Positions 9,930 through 24,715 are shown, counted from the first letter of the stretch. The stretch: DNA of 64,000 nt from Azolla caroliniana (GCA_043228905.1 JBHGNT010000021.1:11408001-11472000), one strand, 5' to 3'. Translations and numbers: made by a program. The notes: a model not told the origin generated them from the sequence alone.

Positions 9930-11958
9930 TCCTAGTTGGCAGGCTTCACAAATTTGGGCCTTTCGACCACTTAATTTCAGCAATTCGAATACAACTTGTT
10001 TCCATTGTAGGTCCTAAAGCCTTTGGTAGTTGACATGGCCTATCTGCTTATGCCACAAGTTGATATCCGACTCGACTTTTTGTCCTTTCGCGAACATGGA
10101 GGTGCCTACGTCATTGATGTCGAGGATGAACATCCTCCCATCTCTGCGCCCTTGCGCATAACTTGGCCTTCTTCCTCAATGAAGCACCCGAGATGTGTGA
10201 ACCGAACTTGCATCCCCTGGTTGACGATCTGTCCGACTGACACCAGATTCTTCGTAATTGTCGGGACGTGTAATACGTTCATTAGCTTCCCTTTTTGCCA
10301 AACATGGCTGAGGGGAACTTCAACGACATGTACGATCGGATGCAGAGTGTCGTCTCCTGCTGCGACTACTCCAAGTTGTTCCGGTTTTTCTAGATATGAG
10401 AACCACTCTTTATGGCTCGTCATATGGTTTGACGCTCCGGAGTCAATGTACCATACTTCGTCCGATTTCGGGGTGGTCTTCTTCATCGAGTTCGCTGCTT
10501 GTCTTGTCACGAAGGCTGCCCCCTTTCCGACTTTTTCAAATCCTTCGGTGTAGTGCATCTGTTGCCGATTTCCTTGTTCAGTCCGTCCGGATCCAAATCC
10601 GGTTTTCTCCGAATCGACGTGCTTCCTCCAACACTCGTTCTCCTTGTGGCCTTTCTGGCCACAATACTAGCATTCCGCGACGTGTTTCCCTTGCTAGTTC
10701 TCGTCGCCTCCTCGACTCCCTGTGCTTTGTCTACATCACCAGGATGCCTTCTTCCTTGCTCTCGTTGGCTGCCTCCATTGCGCGCCGACTTGCCTCGTCT
10801 GCCACGACCACAGGACCTATCTCCCTCCGTGTACAACATCTTGTTGTCGGCGTGCGTACTCGTTGATGCACCCACGTGATTCTCCTCTATAAGGAGCATC
10901 AACTCCAAGTCGGAAAACGATGGCGTATTCTCCCTTGTACAAATAGCAGTTCGGAATGCTGCGAACTTCGACTCCAATCCTTTGAGGCAGATCTGCACCA
11001 TTTCACCCTCCTCAACGTTGACATCGATGGAGGCGAAGGAGTCGCATATATATTTTATCTTGGATGTGTAGTCAGCCACCGTCATGTCATGTTGACGCAC
11101 ATTGCTCAACTCCTGTCGGAGTTGGAGCTTCCTAGTTGCGGTGCTTGCGGCGAAAATCTTTTTCAAATTTCCCCAAGCATCCTTTGGTGTTCTTGCATCC
11201 CGAATGTAGCTCAAGAGTTGTTCGCTCACACAGGACGCGAAGCAGTAGAGAACTCAACTCACCAATTGTTCCCAGGCCGGGAAGTCTCTGTGTGTCGATT
11301 CAGGTGCTGCATTATTCGCTCCATCGACATACCTCTAATATCCATGTCCGAGCAAGTACTGGTGCATCTTGTATGACCAAGATGCGTAGTTACTTCTGTC
11401 GAGCTTCTTAGTTGAAAGAAAACTAGCCATACCTCTATCCTTTTTTTTCTTTATGTTCTTCATCGAGATTAGTTTTTTTTTTTTTCGAGGTGAAGTTGGC
11501 TGTAGAGGTTCTCAACCCTCGCGCTCTGATACCATGTGAAATGTTACGTGTGGAAGCTATACGAATACTAACGGGGGAAAACAAGTTTAATGGAGAGCTT
11601 AAGACACAATGTACACGGGAGAGACGGAGAGGGAAAGAACACACAGAAAAAACTAAATTCAAAATAATGTGTAAAACTTTGTACATAGGATGTGCTCAAA
11701 GAGCACTTTTATACAATTCCATACGGACTAATAGAAGTACTGACATGTACTTCAATGCTCATAACTGAGCTCCTACACTAACTCCCAAATATATTCCCTC
11801 GTGGAATATCTGTTCAACGGCCTCCCGGTTTCCGCACCGATTCATCCTCTTGTTGTGCACCGGTTTGCGCACCAATTTACGCACCGATGCAGCCTAACCA
11901 ATCGGTCCAAACCCATCCGGTTCTCGGCTCGCACAGCCGATCTGACCAATGTTGAGCC
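9930..11958 (-). mobile_element. Truncated Ty1/copia 5' half (partial LTR, PBS, gag, protease, GAG-pre-integrase)
   Basis: PBS TGGTATCAGAGC (tRNA-iMet) at 11523-11534; LTR 11537-~11958 related to 23873-24291; WYIDSGASNHMT protease; CEACQLG zinc finger. Confidence 0.9.
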
Positions 11959-14900
11959 ATAGACGAAATCGAGCGCGTTCTACCATCCAAATGCACCTGG
12001 CTGAAAATGTCTACATCAGCATGGCCAAGGAGACAACAACTTTTTGATTATGGTAGAAGTTGCAAGCAGTGTACGAAAAGAAGTCCTCCTTATCAAAACT
12101 CATATTGGTTTGACAACTATTCAATATGAAGATGAGAGAGTCGGATCCTACTACCTCCCACATCAACACCTTCAGTCGAGTGTTGTCTGAACTCTCCTCC
12201 CAAGGGATTAACTTCGAAGAAGAATTTAAAGCCCTTGCCCTCCTATCAAGATTGCCGGTGAGTTGGGAGATATTCTGCACAACATTTGCCAATAGCCATC
12301 CAATCCTAAATCTGGATGAGACGATCAGTCAAGTCCTCACCAAGGATATTCCGCGAAAATCGATGGGACTCAACATCGACGAATCGACAGAAGCCCACCA
12401 CTCGACCAAGTCGATCGAGAGAACAAGCAGAGAGAACCGATCGAAACCACAGTTGATAAAAAATGAGGAGGGACCGACAACGGCCGAAGTTGAGAACAAA
12501 TCGATTGGGCGAATTTTGCACCCACTGTAGAAAAGTCGGTCACAATGTTTCTGATTACTGGTCGATCAAGAGGAAAGAGAGTGGCCGGAGATTTGAGAGG
12601 AATCGAGGATGATCCAACTCGAATCATTCTCCAGTCAGCAACCAAATCAATGTTGTTGACATCTGATCAGGAGAAATCCTCTCCTTAGAGGACTCGATGA
12701 ACGGAGAAGTCCTCTACAGTGCGCAAGACGCGCACACGTGGTTGCTGGACTCCAGCGCCACATTTCATGTAACCCCGAATATCAAATGGTTTTTGATCTA
12801 TTCAGCTGACGCTAGCGGCACAGTCCGACTTGGAAATGTGCACGAGCGCGTAATTGCAAGGATCAGAGACGTTCCCATCGGTCTACAAAATAGCAACATG
12901 ATCACCCTACACCAAGTTCGTCACATACCCGATCTGAAAAGGAGTCTGGTCTCCATCGGCATGTTAGCCGAACACGAGTACCGAATGACTCTAAATGAGT
13001 TGGCATGGATGATCAACCAAGGAAATCTAAGAATCGGAAGCGGGCACAAGTATAATAACTTGTACCCAATGATGGTGATCAATCTAGAAGGGTTCGTGAA
13101 TATAGCCGAAAAGACCAACCTGAACTTATGGCATGGCCGTCTCGGTCATATGTCTCAAGACGGACTCGATCGGCTTATGGTAGTCAATTACATCCCGAAA
13201 CTTCAAGCAAAGACAGACTTCTGCGAGCATTGTTGATATGGGAAACAGACGGTACGGTATATCAGCCCCTAGAGCTCATGCACACAGATATATGTGGACC
13301 AATGTCCGAAAGATCTCTAGGTGGCTCCTGGTACTTCATCACATTGGTCGATGATTGTGCACGGAAGGTCTGGGCCTATTTGATTAGGTGAAAAGACGAA
13401 GTGCTCGAGTTCTTCGCTCTATGGTTAACCGAAGCGGAGAACCGTTCGGGACACGAAGTGAAGACACTTTGTTCTGCCTACGCTTTCATCCCCAAGGAGA
13501 AAAGGACCAAGTTGGCACCCCATGAAACAAAATGCATATTTATCGGTTATGGAACCGATGGGGATTTCGACTATCGCCTATGGGACCCGAAGAATTGAAA
13601 ACTGATCCGAAGTAGTGACGTAGTCTTCAATGAAGAATCTATCCTCTCTGAGTGGAACCAGTAGAAATTAGTGGGCAAAAAGGTCTCTTTCGAAATTGAC
13701 TGAGAAGTCATAGAAAGACCAACCCACCGGGCTGAATCGGAGATTCGACAAACATTCAAACTCGGCCAAGCTGACAATACATTTGCCGAATTCCGAATTG
13801 GAAGGAGGTTCACTAATTGAACTCGACGACAAAGCCGAATTGACAATAGTCGAAAAAGGCAAAGTCAAGAAGATGTGAGTCAAAGACAGAGTCATCCCGA
13901 CCGAGACACCCATGGTCAAATGGAAAACCAGATCCAAGTCGGCTTAATCTCTCAATCTCGAAGTAGGGGAGAATGCGGTGACATCATCGAAATCTTATCA
14001 AACGGGCCCGTCATCCGAAAGGACTCCTGACATAAGTGGTTCAACAAATGTCGGTCACCCGAAGAGAGGATTGCAGGATCCGAATCGATTGTTATGGCAG
14101 TCAGGAGATCTGGACGAAATCGAAGGCCGATAGAGTTCTATCAACCGGGCCTCGACTATGTCAACTACACAGATGTAGGCAAATCAAGCACATACGAAGA
14201 AGCTAAAGCCACACCTAACACCAACACATGGCTGCAAGCCATGAGATCCGGGATGGTCTCAATCAAACAGAACAATACATGGGATTTGTTTGAACTACTA
14301 GTAGGAAGAAAGCCGCTACCTTCAAAATGGGTATTCCGATACAAATATGTATCTGACTTAGAGAAGCCCAAGTACAAAGCTCGACTCATCATGAAGGGAT
14401 TCAAATAGGAACATAGGGTCGATGAGATATTCTCTCCAGTAGTCAAGATGACCACGCTTCGGCTCCTACTTAGGGTCGTGGCGGCAGAGGACCTAAAGTT
14501 TGAGCAACTTGACATAAAGACTGTATTCCTACATAGAGACTTGGCAGAGGACATTTACATGTCACAACCAGTAGGCTTCTCGGCGACGGACGAGGAAAGT
14601 CACCTCGTATGTCGATTGAAGAAAAGCCTATATGGATTAAAACAAGTGCCGAGGATGTGGTACCAGAAGTTCAAGTTCTACATCCGACAACTTGGCTACA
14701 ACTGGTCCAACTCCGACCCATGTGTATATACTCGGCAATTGGCTGACGAGTCCCGAATTTATCTGATCCTATATGTTGATGAAATGTTGATTATAGGAAG
14801 CAATCAAGACAAAATCGGAAAGCTAAAATGGAGCCTTCATGACAAGTTCACGATAAAGCAACTAGGACAAGCCCGACACATACTAGGCATGAGGATCGAG

Positions 14901-16319
14901 CGAAATTGGAAGACGAAAACTCTCTGAATATCCTAGTCCGACTATATCTGAAAGGTGCTGAGGTGCTTCAACATGGAGCACGCGAAGCCAACACCAACAC
15001 CGTTGTCGATGTCGATCCCACTATCGGATAGAGAGGAAGTATCATGTACACGATGGTGGCGACCAGACCCGATCTTGCATATGTCGTGGGGGTTGTCAAC
15101 CGGTACATCTGGAACCTAGGACGGAAGCATTGGGAGGCCGTCAAATACATCTTCAGGTACCTAAAAGGAATTAAAGATGCACAACTAACTTTTGGATTAG
15201 AAAACCCGACCGAAATCGGAGGCAACGTCGGAGGCAACGAAGGAAGTGATCTGGTTGTACCGACTAACTGCCAACTTTTCGGTTGCAAGCCGAATTGATC
15301 GACCAATCTTGACCATCTATTGCGACTCACAGAGTGCAATACACCACCTCATCAACAACCATGTCTATCACGCGAAGACAAAACATATAGAGGTATGGTG
15401 TCATCACATCCGGGAGCTGTTAACTGAAAAGAAGCTCCAAGTCTAGAAGATCGATACCGAAGTGAACATCGTTGATTGCCTGATGAAGCCACTACAAGAT
15501 CAACACTTTAGAATGTTGCGGACAAAGATGGGACTATGAGAAGCAACCGAGCAGAAAAAAGCCGAACGAGGAGCAAAAGGGAAGTCGAAAACCGACCCGA
15601 ATAGACTCACGAGAAGAGAAAAATCGACATGTTTGGAGACACAAGGGACTGAAGAAATAGCACTGAGTGAGGATACCAACTGGAAAGGAAACGATCGAGA
15701 GGCGAACGAACTCGAATACAAATAGAAGATCCAACGAGGAGCACAGGAGCAGAAATGAGCGAGATACGAACAATCGACACAAGGCCGACTTAGAGAATTG
15801 GACACAAGCCAACTTCGACAATAAGACTGATTCAAACACGTTGATTCAACGGACTCGAACCAGCCAAACCTTGAGGCTAGCCGAATCAGGCAAGAAATCG
15901 AATTCACCTTTGCCAACTCGGCTTTATGCCGACTGATTTGAAATATAAATTTAGATTAATTTTGTAATCTAGGTTTACGGGGGAGATAACCCGAATCACT
16001 TGTACATGTAGGAAAGAGTAGTCCTTTTACAGGGGAGTTTGTTGGCATAAAAGACTGACTCCTTCCACTTTGTATGCTAGTGTGAACTCATCTTAAGATT
16101 TAGGGCTTTATACATAAGAAATAACCTAACAGTGTAAAAAAATACATCTTCTTGTATCTTGAGTCTCCGAGAGAGAGAAAAAACAATGTATAATGAAAGC
16201 TTCCATTAGAGCTAAAATTGTTTCTATGTTTCCATCATTTCTTCTGTAATTTTCTCTATGTTGTTTGCCGAACACATAACCTACAGGTCCTTACTTACTT
16301 CCATCCATTCATTCCATCA
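11959..16319 (+). mobile_element. Degenerate 5'-truncated Ty1/copia with 3' LTR (~16040-16319)
   Basis: gag (ALALLSRLPVSW), PR (WLLDSSATFH), LWHGRLGHMS, RT (LYVDE, KYKARL), RNase H (IYCDSQSAIH); AGGGGAG PPT before TGTTGG at 16040. Confidence 0.85.
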
Positions 16320-17974
16320 TGAAGAATGTCTTTCTACAAGGTGAGCTAGAAGAGGAGGTGTACATGATACAACCGCCCGGATTTGGTCAACTCTGCATCC
16401 GACTATTGTATACCGACTCAAAAAGCCTCTCTACGGTCTCAAGCAGGCACCGAGAGCATGGCATTCGAAGATAACACAATATCTTCACCAAATCGGCTTT
16501 CGAATGTCGAAGTCCAACAATTCTTTGTTAATCCAGAATGACTCCAGAGGACAACTATTGATCATAATTTATGTGAACAACTTGGTCATTGGAGGAGAGC
16601 ACCTCGAGAACATCGAACATAACAAACAGCTACTCTCTAGCTGATTCAAAGTGAAAGACATGACGGAGCTTCATTATGTTTTAGGAATAGAAGTAATTTG
16701 GACTACTAACGGCATCATGCTTTCTCAAAGGCACTATATCCTCAAGCTTCTTTACAAATTTGGGATGACACAGTGTAAGTCCATCACTACCCCTCTCAAT
16801 CGAAATCTAAAGCTAGATGCCGACTCAGGCACAAGAGAGTGTGAGTCAATGCTCTATCGTTGGCTAATTAGAAGCCTCATCTGCCTTCCAATTGCCCGAT
16901 CTGATGTGAGTTACCCGGTCGGCCTCCTTAGCCACTTTATGCAAACTCCGCGAGACATCCATATCGATCGTGTTAAACGAGTCCTAAGGTATGTGAGTGG
17001 AATCATGGATTTTGGCATCACCAATACGACTCGAAGGGTACACAGATGTCGACAGATGATCAACCTTAGGGTTCGTCTTCTCCCTTGGCAATGGAGCCAT
17101 CTCTTGGAGCAACAAAAAGCAGCCGACTATCGAGCACTGAAACCGAATACAGGGGCGCAACTGTTGCCGCATATGAAGTTGTTTGGCTCAAGAGAATCTT
17201 GAAGGATCTGGGTGTTCCCATCAAGGATCCTATTCTCCTTTACTATGACAACATGAGCGGTATTCACCTCGAACGGAACCTAGTCTTCCACGCTCGGACT
17301 AAGCAAATTGAGGTGCACTACCATTTCATCGAGAACGTGTCCTAGCCAGAGATATTGACCTGCAACACATAAGTACATCCCTACAGATGGCCGACATCTT
17401 CACGAAGGCACTCAGAGTCGACAAGCTGCGGTAGTTCACAACGAACCCGGGTCTTTCAACTGTCAACCAGCCGAGCTTGAGGGGGAGCGAGGAGGGAGGA
17501 GCAGTAGGAGTGAACCAGACATTCAAAGCCGGATCTAGTGTAGACTCAAAGACAACCTGAAGACCAGTCCCAACCAGCCATCCGATGAGCAGAAGTTGTG
17601 TTTGAAGGGGCATGTTGAGAACCAAACTCAACGTCCCATGTGTGGGAAAACACTCTAGGATACTCAAGTGTGTGACCACCCACCCCACCTCCTTGTATAG
17701 TAACTAGTGTGTCATAGAAGTTAATATCCTATGCCACATATTCTTTACGTAGTTAAGACTCGACCTCTTTCCCAAGAGGCGCCTCTAGTGAGAGAATCTA
17801 GAGAGAAGGTTTTTACATAAGCACCTTCTCCTTCTCTTTGTAACTATTGGTCATTCTTGTTTCCTTGTAATACAGTTTTCTGTTTTTCTGTAATCTTGAG
17901 CTCTCTCTCTCTCTCTCTCCACACACACACACACACATTTCTTCTGCTACACAGAATCCATCCGATTCTTTACA
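16320..17974 (+). mobile_element. Ty1/copia 3' fragment (RT-RNase H plus 3' LTR ~17613-17974)
   Basis: KNVFLQGELEEEVYM and VFHARTKQIEVHYHF motifs; GAAGGGG PPT then TGTTGAG...TTTACA. Confidence 0.85.
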
Positions 17975-18099
17975 AATATGTATACATATATGATACTATT
18001 TTTTATTTTTTCCCAAAAAATATGTTACCCATTAGTTAGGAAGAAATTTAGGAGGTATCATATGTACAAGGGCCATGCCTCATATAGAGCTCCCTGGGT

Positions 18100-18729
18100 T
18101 CGATTAACTCTAAACTAGACAAATCCTTCTACAATCCAAGCAATTTCAGTGAGGGGGGGGGGGCGATAACACCATTGTATATGCCGCCTTGCAATTGCAA
18201 CATCAACGTTCCACTCCATTTCAAAATGAAGGTTGCCCATGCCCTAGATGTTGAGTCTGTTTCACCTTCAATATCTTCATATGACCCATGAAGGAAGGCA
18301 ATGAGGTGATCCTAAAGTTCCATGATTACCTTTACTAGCAGGATGGGCTTCCCTTGAAAGATCCTGCCATGTTGTTAGACCTACAAGTATGGTCTATAAT
18401 GACTTCAGCCATGTTGACTTTGTTTGTGACTAGGATGGAGAATTGGTCATCCTAATAGTTGCTTGGTCTAGTTGCATGAAGGTGCCCAATTCTGAATTGG
18501 GGAAACCATAATTCCTGGTTTGTTGTGAGCCATTGGGCCACCACCCATGAGATCTCTTCAAAACTTTCGCTCCAACCTGGTATCCATAAACTTCGCTTCC
18601 ATACTTCCTGTGCATGTATACAAGACCACAAGAAATGTTGAGATGATTCAATTGATTCACCACACAAATGGCAAGTTGGGTCCAGTCCATGTTTGTTGTT
18701 CCATTCCCCGGATGGAAGGGCATGATGGA
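18100..18729 (-). mobile_element. LINE (L1-like) ORF2 C-terminal fragment, zf-RVT region (left boundary approximate)
   Basis: CHLCGESIESSQHFLWSCIHAQEVW is the CX2C...H...C zinc finger typical of plant LINE ORF2; continues at 24292. Confidence 0.7.
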
Positions 18730-21700
18730 TGAAAGATTATGTGCGGAAGCAATAGAAAAAACGAACACAGAGAAAATATAGGTTCAATGGAAAGCTTAGG
18801 TTTGCACAGTACGCACGGGAGAGACAGAGAGAGAGTAAACACCAGAACTTAATTCAAAAATAATACTCGATCTGTACATCGTGTGTGTTCAATGAACACT
18901 TTTATACAAGTCCTTTTCGGACTGACAGTACTTCAATGCTCATTGAGGAGCCCCTACACTAACTCCCAAATATATTCCTTGCGGAATATCTTTCCGATGG
19001 CCTCCCGGTTTCTGCACCGATCCGGCCGATGTTGAGCTTGTCTCTCAACACTCCCCCTCAAGCTCAACTTGAGACTCTTTGGGATCTTCTGGATCACCGC
19101 TCTAGTTCCTCCTGGCTCCACGCCTCGCTCGCGCTCCTCGGCCTGTACGACTCCGCGCGCTTCGACCCTTCCGGTCGGCTTGTCTGCTCCCACGGCCCTT
19201 CACAACTCCCTTGCTGTCGCGGTGTTGGCACTTCTATTGCGGCCTTCTTTTCCTCTTGGCGCTCGGTTGATTCAGTGTATCCAAATCAAACATTCGAACC
19301 GACTCGACTACCTCCGATCGGTTTTCGCTCTCGTCCGAGTTGGCTGTCTCTAACTCGTCTTCGGTCTTCTCGCCCTTGACGGTGTCATCTCCCCCATGCT
19401 TGGTTGGCTTCGGCTCTTTCTTTAGGTTGCTCCCCTTATGTCCGCATTTGGACTGTTCCGCGGATCCGCCCTCAGCTTCTTCAGCTTCTTTAGCTGATCC
19501 GAAATCGAATTCGTCATCCGACTCGGCGTCCCAGTCTTCTCTCCCCCTTTTGTGGTCATTCGGGACATCTCTCCCCCTCAAGTTCGGCACGTCGAGGTGA
19601 CGCAACCTAAGCGCACCCGAGAATTGCCGCAACTTGTCCAGACCAAGAGGCTTGGTGAAGATGTCGGTGGTCTACCGATCCGTTAGAACATATTGAAGTT
19701 CGACTTCACCAGAAAGGACACACTCAAGGACAAAATGGTAGTGCACCTCAATGTGCTTGGTCTGTGCGTGGAAAACGAGGTTCTTTGCAAGCTGGATGCT
19801 GTTGAAGTTGTCGCAGTAGATCGTCATCGGATCGGACACCTCCACTTGTAGGTCCTTAAGTAGCCACTTCAACCATATGGCTTCGCATGTCGCGACAGCC
19901 CCTCCTAGGTACTCAGCTTCAGTGCTCGATAGTGCAACTGTCGGCTGCTTCTTGCTACTCCATGCGATCGTGGCACTCCCAAGAGAAAACGCGTGTCCGG
20001 ACGTGGATCGGTGATCGGCGGTGTTGCCAACCCAATCAACATCGGTGTAGCCGACCAACTGCGAGGTTGTACCGGTCCGATATAGCAGTCCCCGATCCTT
20101 AGTTTCGCTTACGTACCGCACTACGCGTTGCGCACACTGAAGGTGCTCCTTGGTAGGTCGCGCCATGAACTGACTAATCATAAGGCTTCCGACAATTTGT
20201 CGGAAGCTCGTCGGGTCGCATACCTTTCCGGAATTGGGGCGAAGCTTGATGGTTCTATCGAGAGGAGTCGAGACCAACTTACAGTCGGCCATCCCGAATT
20301 TGAAGAGCATACTCAGCACATAATGGCATTGGCTGATCAATATGCCTTCGGGGGTACGGATCACTTCGATCCCGAGGAAGTAATGAAAATCCCCCAGATC
20401 CTTCATGTCAAACGATGCCGCAAGTTGGAGCTTCACACGGTCGATTTCACCTAGGTCGGTGCCGATGATGACCAAGTCATCAACATATAGTAAAATGCTG
20501 ACCGGACCGAGTCAACCTTTCCGGATGAACAAGGGAGTCTGATTTTGATGTTGCAAAGCCCACCCGACACAGGTGCTACATGATCTTCGCGTTCCAGGCA
20601 CGCGGGGCTTGCTTCAATCCGTAAAGGGACTTCTTCAATCGGCACACTGCCGACGTGTTCGTTCCGGAGTGAAATCCGGGGGGTTGTACCATGTACACCT
20701 ATTCCTCAAGCTCACTTTGCAGGAACACATTCTTTACATCCATCTGATGGAAAGGCCACCCCTTTGCCGCAGCTACCGCAAGCAAAACACAGACGGTCGT
20801 CATGTTCGCGATCGGCGCAAATGTCTCATTGTAGTCGATGCCGTGTTTGTACGCGTAGCCTTTTGCCACTAACCGGGCCTTGTATCGGTTGACCGAGCCA
20901 TCGGTGTTGTACTTGACCTTGTACACCCACCTACATCCGATCGGCTTCACACCCTTCGGTGCGTCAACCAGGTCCCAGGTCTCATTTACCGCCAATGCGT
21001 GCATCTCTTCCTCCATCGTGGCGTTCTAATTCGCGTCCTTAGCCGCTTCTGCGTAGCTCTCCAACTCACACACTTCCGCTACACGGGTCATGTACGCATA
21101 ATGATGCGCCATGTACACTTTGTATCCGAACCGCACAACTGGGTTCCTCAGGCGGGTAGATCAACGTAATCGGTCATTAGCTGATGTCGAGGTCTTCTCG
21201 GCCGACGCAGACTTCGCTCTTGAAGACCCGTCACCGCTTCCTTTGGAGTCGGACTCGCGTCGGTCTGACTCGTTGCTATCCGTGCCGGAATCCGACACCT
21301 TCTTCTTCCCTTTCTCTTTGCACATAAGCCGTCTCCTCAGCTTCCTGCACGGGGAATGCACGGCCGAGTCTCCACTACTCGCCGGATCTTCATCGGACTG
21401 GTCGAACCAACACAGTCGTCCATGCGGTCCGCTTAAGCGAACCGAAGTCGGACTCTCTTCGCGAGTCCCGATTTCAGGCCCATCCGGAGGCATCTCGGCC
21501 TCGCTGACCTCATTGTCAAAACTCGGGTTGGAGGTGAGGTCCGGAGTCGGAGGCAAGTACCAGGATGCGGACTCGTCAAACACAAACTCGCGGTTCACGC
21601 GCGCTTGTTTGGTGTGTGGGTTATAACACTTATAACCCTTCTGCTTGTCCGATTAGCCGACCAAGATACTCTTCTCGGCCTTTGCGTCCAGCTTCCTACG

Positions 21701-24291
21701 TTTCTCCTTCGGCACATGCACATACGCAATGCTACCGAAAACTCTCAAGTGTCATAAATTTGGCTTCCTTCCAAAATATAGCTCATGCGCCGACACTTTG
21801 TCTCCGATCCGGTTCTGGATGTATACTGCGGTCCTTACCACCTCGGCCCAGTAGAACTTGAACAAGCTCTTCTCCTCCAGCATTGCCTATGCCGCTTCCA
21901 CAACCGACCGATTTTTCCTCTCGTCCACGCCGTTTTGCTCCGGCATGTATCTACAACTAAATTCGTGCCGAATTCCCATTTGTTGTAGATAACCGTTGAA
22001 TTGACCGGAAAAGTATTCTTTTCCGCCATCCAACCGTAGGCACTTGATCTTTCTTCCTGTTTCTGTTTCCACAAACCCTTTGAGGTCTCGGAAACAGTCG
22101 AAGACTTTGCTCTTCCTCTCAATGAGGTAGATCCACGTGTGCTGTGTGTAGTCGTCGATGAAGGAGACGAAATATCGACTCCCGCCAAGACTAACGTTTT
22201 GTGCCAACCCCCACACATCAGAGTGTATCAAATCGAGCTTGTTCCGGCTCCGGTTACGCTCATTGGGGAAAGGAAGTCAGTATTGCTTACCAAGCTGGCA
22301 AGCTTCACAAATTTGTGCCTTCCGACCACTAAATTTGGGCAATCCGAACACCACTTGTTTCGATTGTAGGTCTTGAAGCCGCTGGTAGTTGACGTGGCCT
22401 ATCCGCTTGTGCCATAAGTCAATGTCCGACTCGACTTTTTGTCCCTTCACGAACATTGCGGTGCCACCGTCATTAGAGTCGAGGATGAACATCCTCCCAT
22501 CTCTGCGCCCTTGCACAATAACACGGCCTTCTTCCTCAATGAAGCATCCGAGGTGTGTAAACCGGATCTCCATCCCTTGGTCGACGATCTGTCCGACCGA
22601 CACCAAGTTCTTCGTGATTGTCGGAACCTGTAGCACGTTCATGAGTTTCCCTTTCTGCCCGACATGGCTTGCAATCGGATGTGGAGTGTCGTCTCCGGTT
22701 GCGACTACTCCCGGTTGCATCGGTTTTTCTAGATACGAGAACCACTCCTTATGGCTCGTCATGTGATTTGATGCGCCGGAGTTGACGTACCACACCTCCG
22801 TTTTTGGGGTGTTCTGCTTCATTGAGTTTGCTTCATGTCTTGTCACGAAGGCAGACCCTTTTCTGGCTTTTCCGGATCCTTCGGCATAGTGCGATCGCTG
22901 CCAGTTTCCTTTGTCGGTATGTCCGGAACCGGTCCTCTCCGACTTGGCGCGCTTTTTCCAGCACTCGCTCTCCCTGTGGCCTTTCTTGCCACAGTACCAG
23001 CATTCCGTGGCGGGTTTCCCTTGCCGGTTCTCATCGCCTCGACTCCTCCTATTTCCGGAGGGTCCGGAATTGCTGCCGGCATCATTTCGGTGCCTCCTTC
23101 CTTGATCTCGTCGGCAGCCTCCATTGCGCACCAACTCGCCTCGTCCTCCACGTCCACGGGGCCTATCTCCTTTTGTGTACAACATCTTGGTGTCGGTGTG
23201 CGTGCTCGTTGACGCACCCGCGTAGTTCTCCTCTACCAGGAGCATCGACTATAAGTCGAAAAAGGACAGTGTATTCTCCTGGGTACACACAGCAGTTCGG
23301 AACGCATTGAACATTGACGCCAAACCCCCGAGACAGACCTGGACCATCTCGCTTTCCTCGATGTTCACATCGATGGAGGCTAAGGAGTCACATATGTCCT
23401 TGATCTTGGAGGTATAGTCAACCACTGACAAATCGCATTGTCATAAGTTGCTCAACTCCTATCGGAGCTGAAGCTTCCTGGCTGTGGTGCTCGCGGCGAA
23501 GATCTTCTTCAAATTTTCCCACGCACCCTTCGGCGTTTTTGCATTCCAAACGTAGCTTAATAGTTGTTCTCCCACACAAGACGTAAAACATTACAGCACT
23601 CTGCTCGCCGATTGTTCCCACACCGAGAAATCTTTGTGTGTCGATTCGGCTGCCGCGTCATTCGCTCCTTCGAAATAGCTCCAATAACCATGCCCAAGCA
23701 GGTACTGGTGCATCTTGTAGGACCAAGATGCGTATTTGGTTCTGTCGAGCTTCTCCGTCGGAAGCGAGCTAGCCATTCCTCTGTCCAACGGTTTTCTTGT
23801 TCTTCTTCATTGGTTTTTCCTTCAAGCAAAGTCGACTGCAGAGGTTCTCAACCCTCGCGCTTTGATACCATGTGAAAGATTATGTGCGGAAGCAATAGAA
23901 AAAATGAACACAAAGAAAATATAGGTTCAATGGAAAGCTTAGGTTTGCACAGTACGCACGAGAGAGACAGAGAGAGAGTAAACACCAGAACTGAATTCAA
24001 AAATAATACTCGATCTATACATCGTGTGTGTTCAATGAACACTTTTATACAAGTCCTTTTCGGACTGAAACGTACTTCAATGCTCATTGAGGAGCCCCTA
24101 CACTAACTCCCAAATATATTCCTTGCGGAATATCTTTCCGATGGCCTCCCGGTTTCTACACTGATCCGGCCTTCCTACACACCGGTCTCCGTACCGGTTT
24201 CCAACTGATCTAGCCTAACCGATTGGTCCAAACCGATCCAGTCCTCGGCTTGCTCAGCCGATCTGGCCGATGTTGAGCTTGTCTCTCAACA
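18730..24291 (-). mobile_element. Full-length degenerate Ty1/copia (element D) inserted in the LINE fragment
   Basis: LTRs 18730-19050 and 23873-24291; PBS TGGTATCAAAGC at 23859-23870; PPT TGAGGGGGAG at 19051-19060; gag (CWYCGKKGHRESEC), PR, IN (SDVWG), RT and RH (YTDVDW) present as fragments. Confidence 0.95.
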
Positions 24292-24715
24292 AAAAATGAC
24301 TTCGTTTTTTGAGGGAGATTGGTAATCCATAGTTTCTCCCAAAACCTGTGTAAGAAGAAGTCGGGTATGTTTTGTGATACCCACCAATTTTTAATTGGGG
24401 TTTTAGCTGCCAACTTATGGAGTTGTAGGCACCTTTCTATGCCCGTTGTTGTGAAGGATTTCGGGCATAGGAAGAAAATGAGGTTGAACACGCGTGAAGG
24501 GGGTTGTGCATGGATGCACACATAAATTGTTTTTATGTACAAACATGAGTAAATAACATAGTACTAGTTGAGTGTTGAGGAATACTAGGTATAGGGATTT
24601 TATAGGTACTTTAAGACCACATGGATGTAGAGGAATAAAGTGGATTGATGGGAGAAAATCGAGTGAGAAGATCTGAGAGAAAAGCGGTTGTCTTAACACC
24701 CTAATTTAACAACTT
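24292..24715 (-). mobile_element. LINE ORF2 fragment, upstream continuation
   Basis: FWEKLWITNLPQKTKSF motif, which precedes zf-RVT in plant LINEs. Confidence 0.65.
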
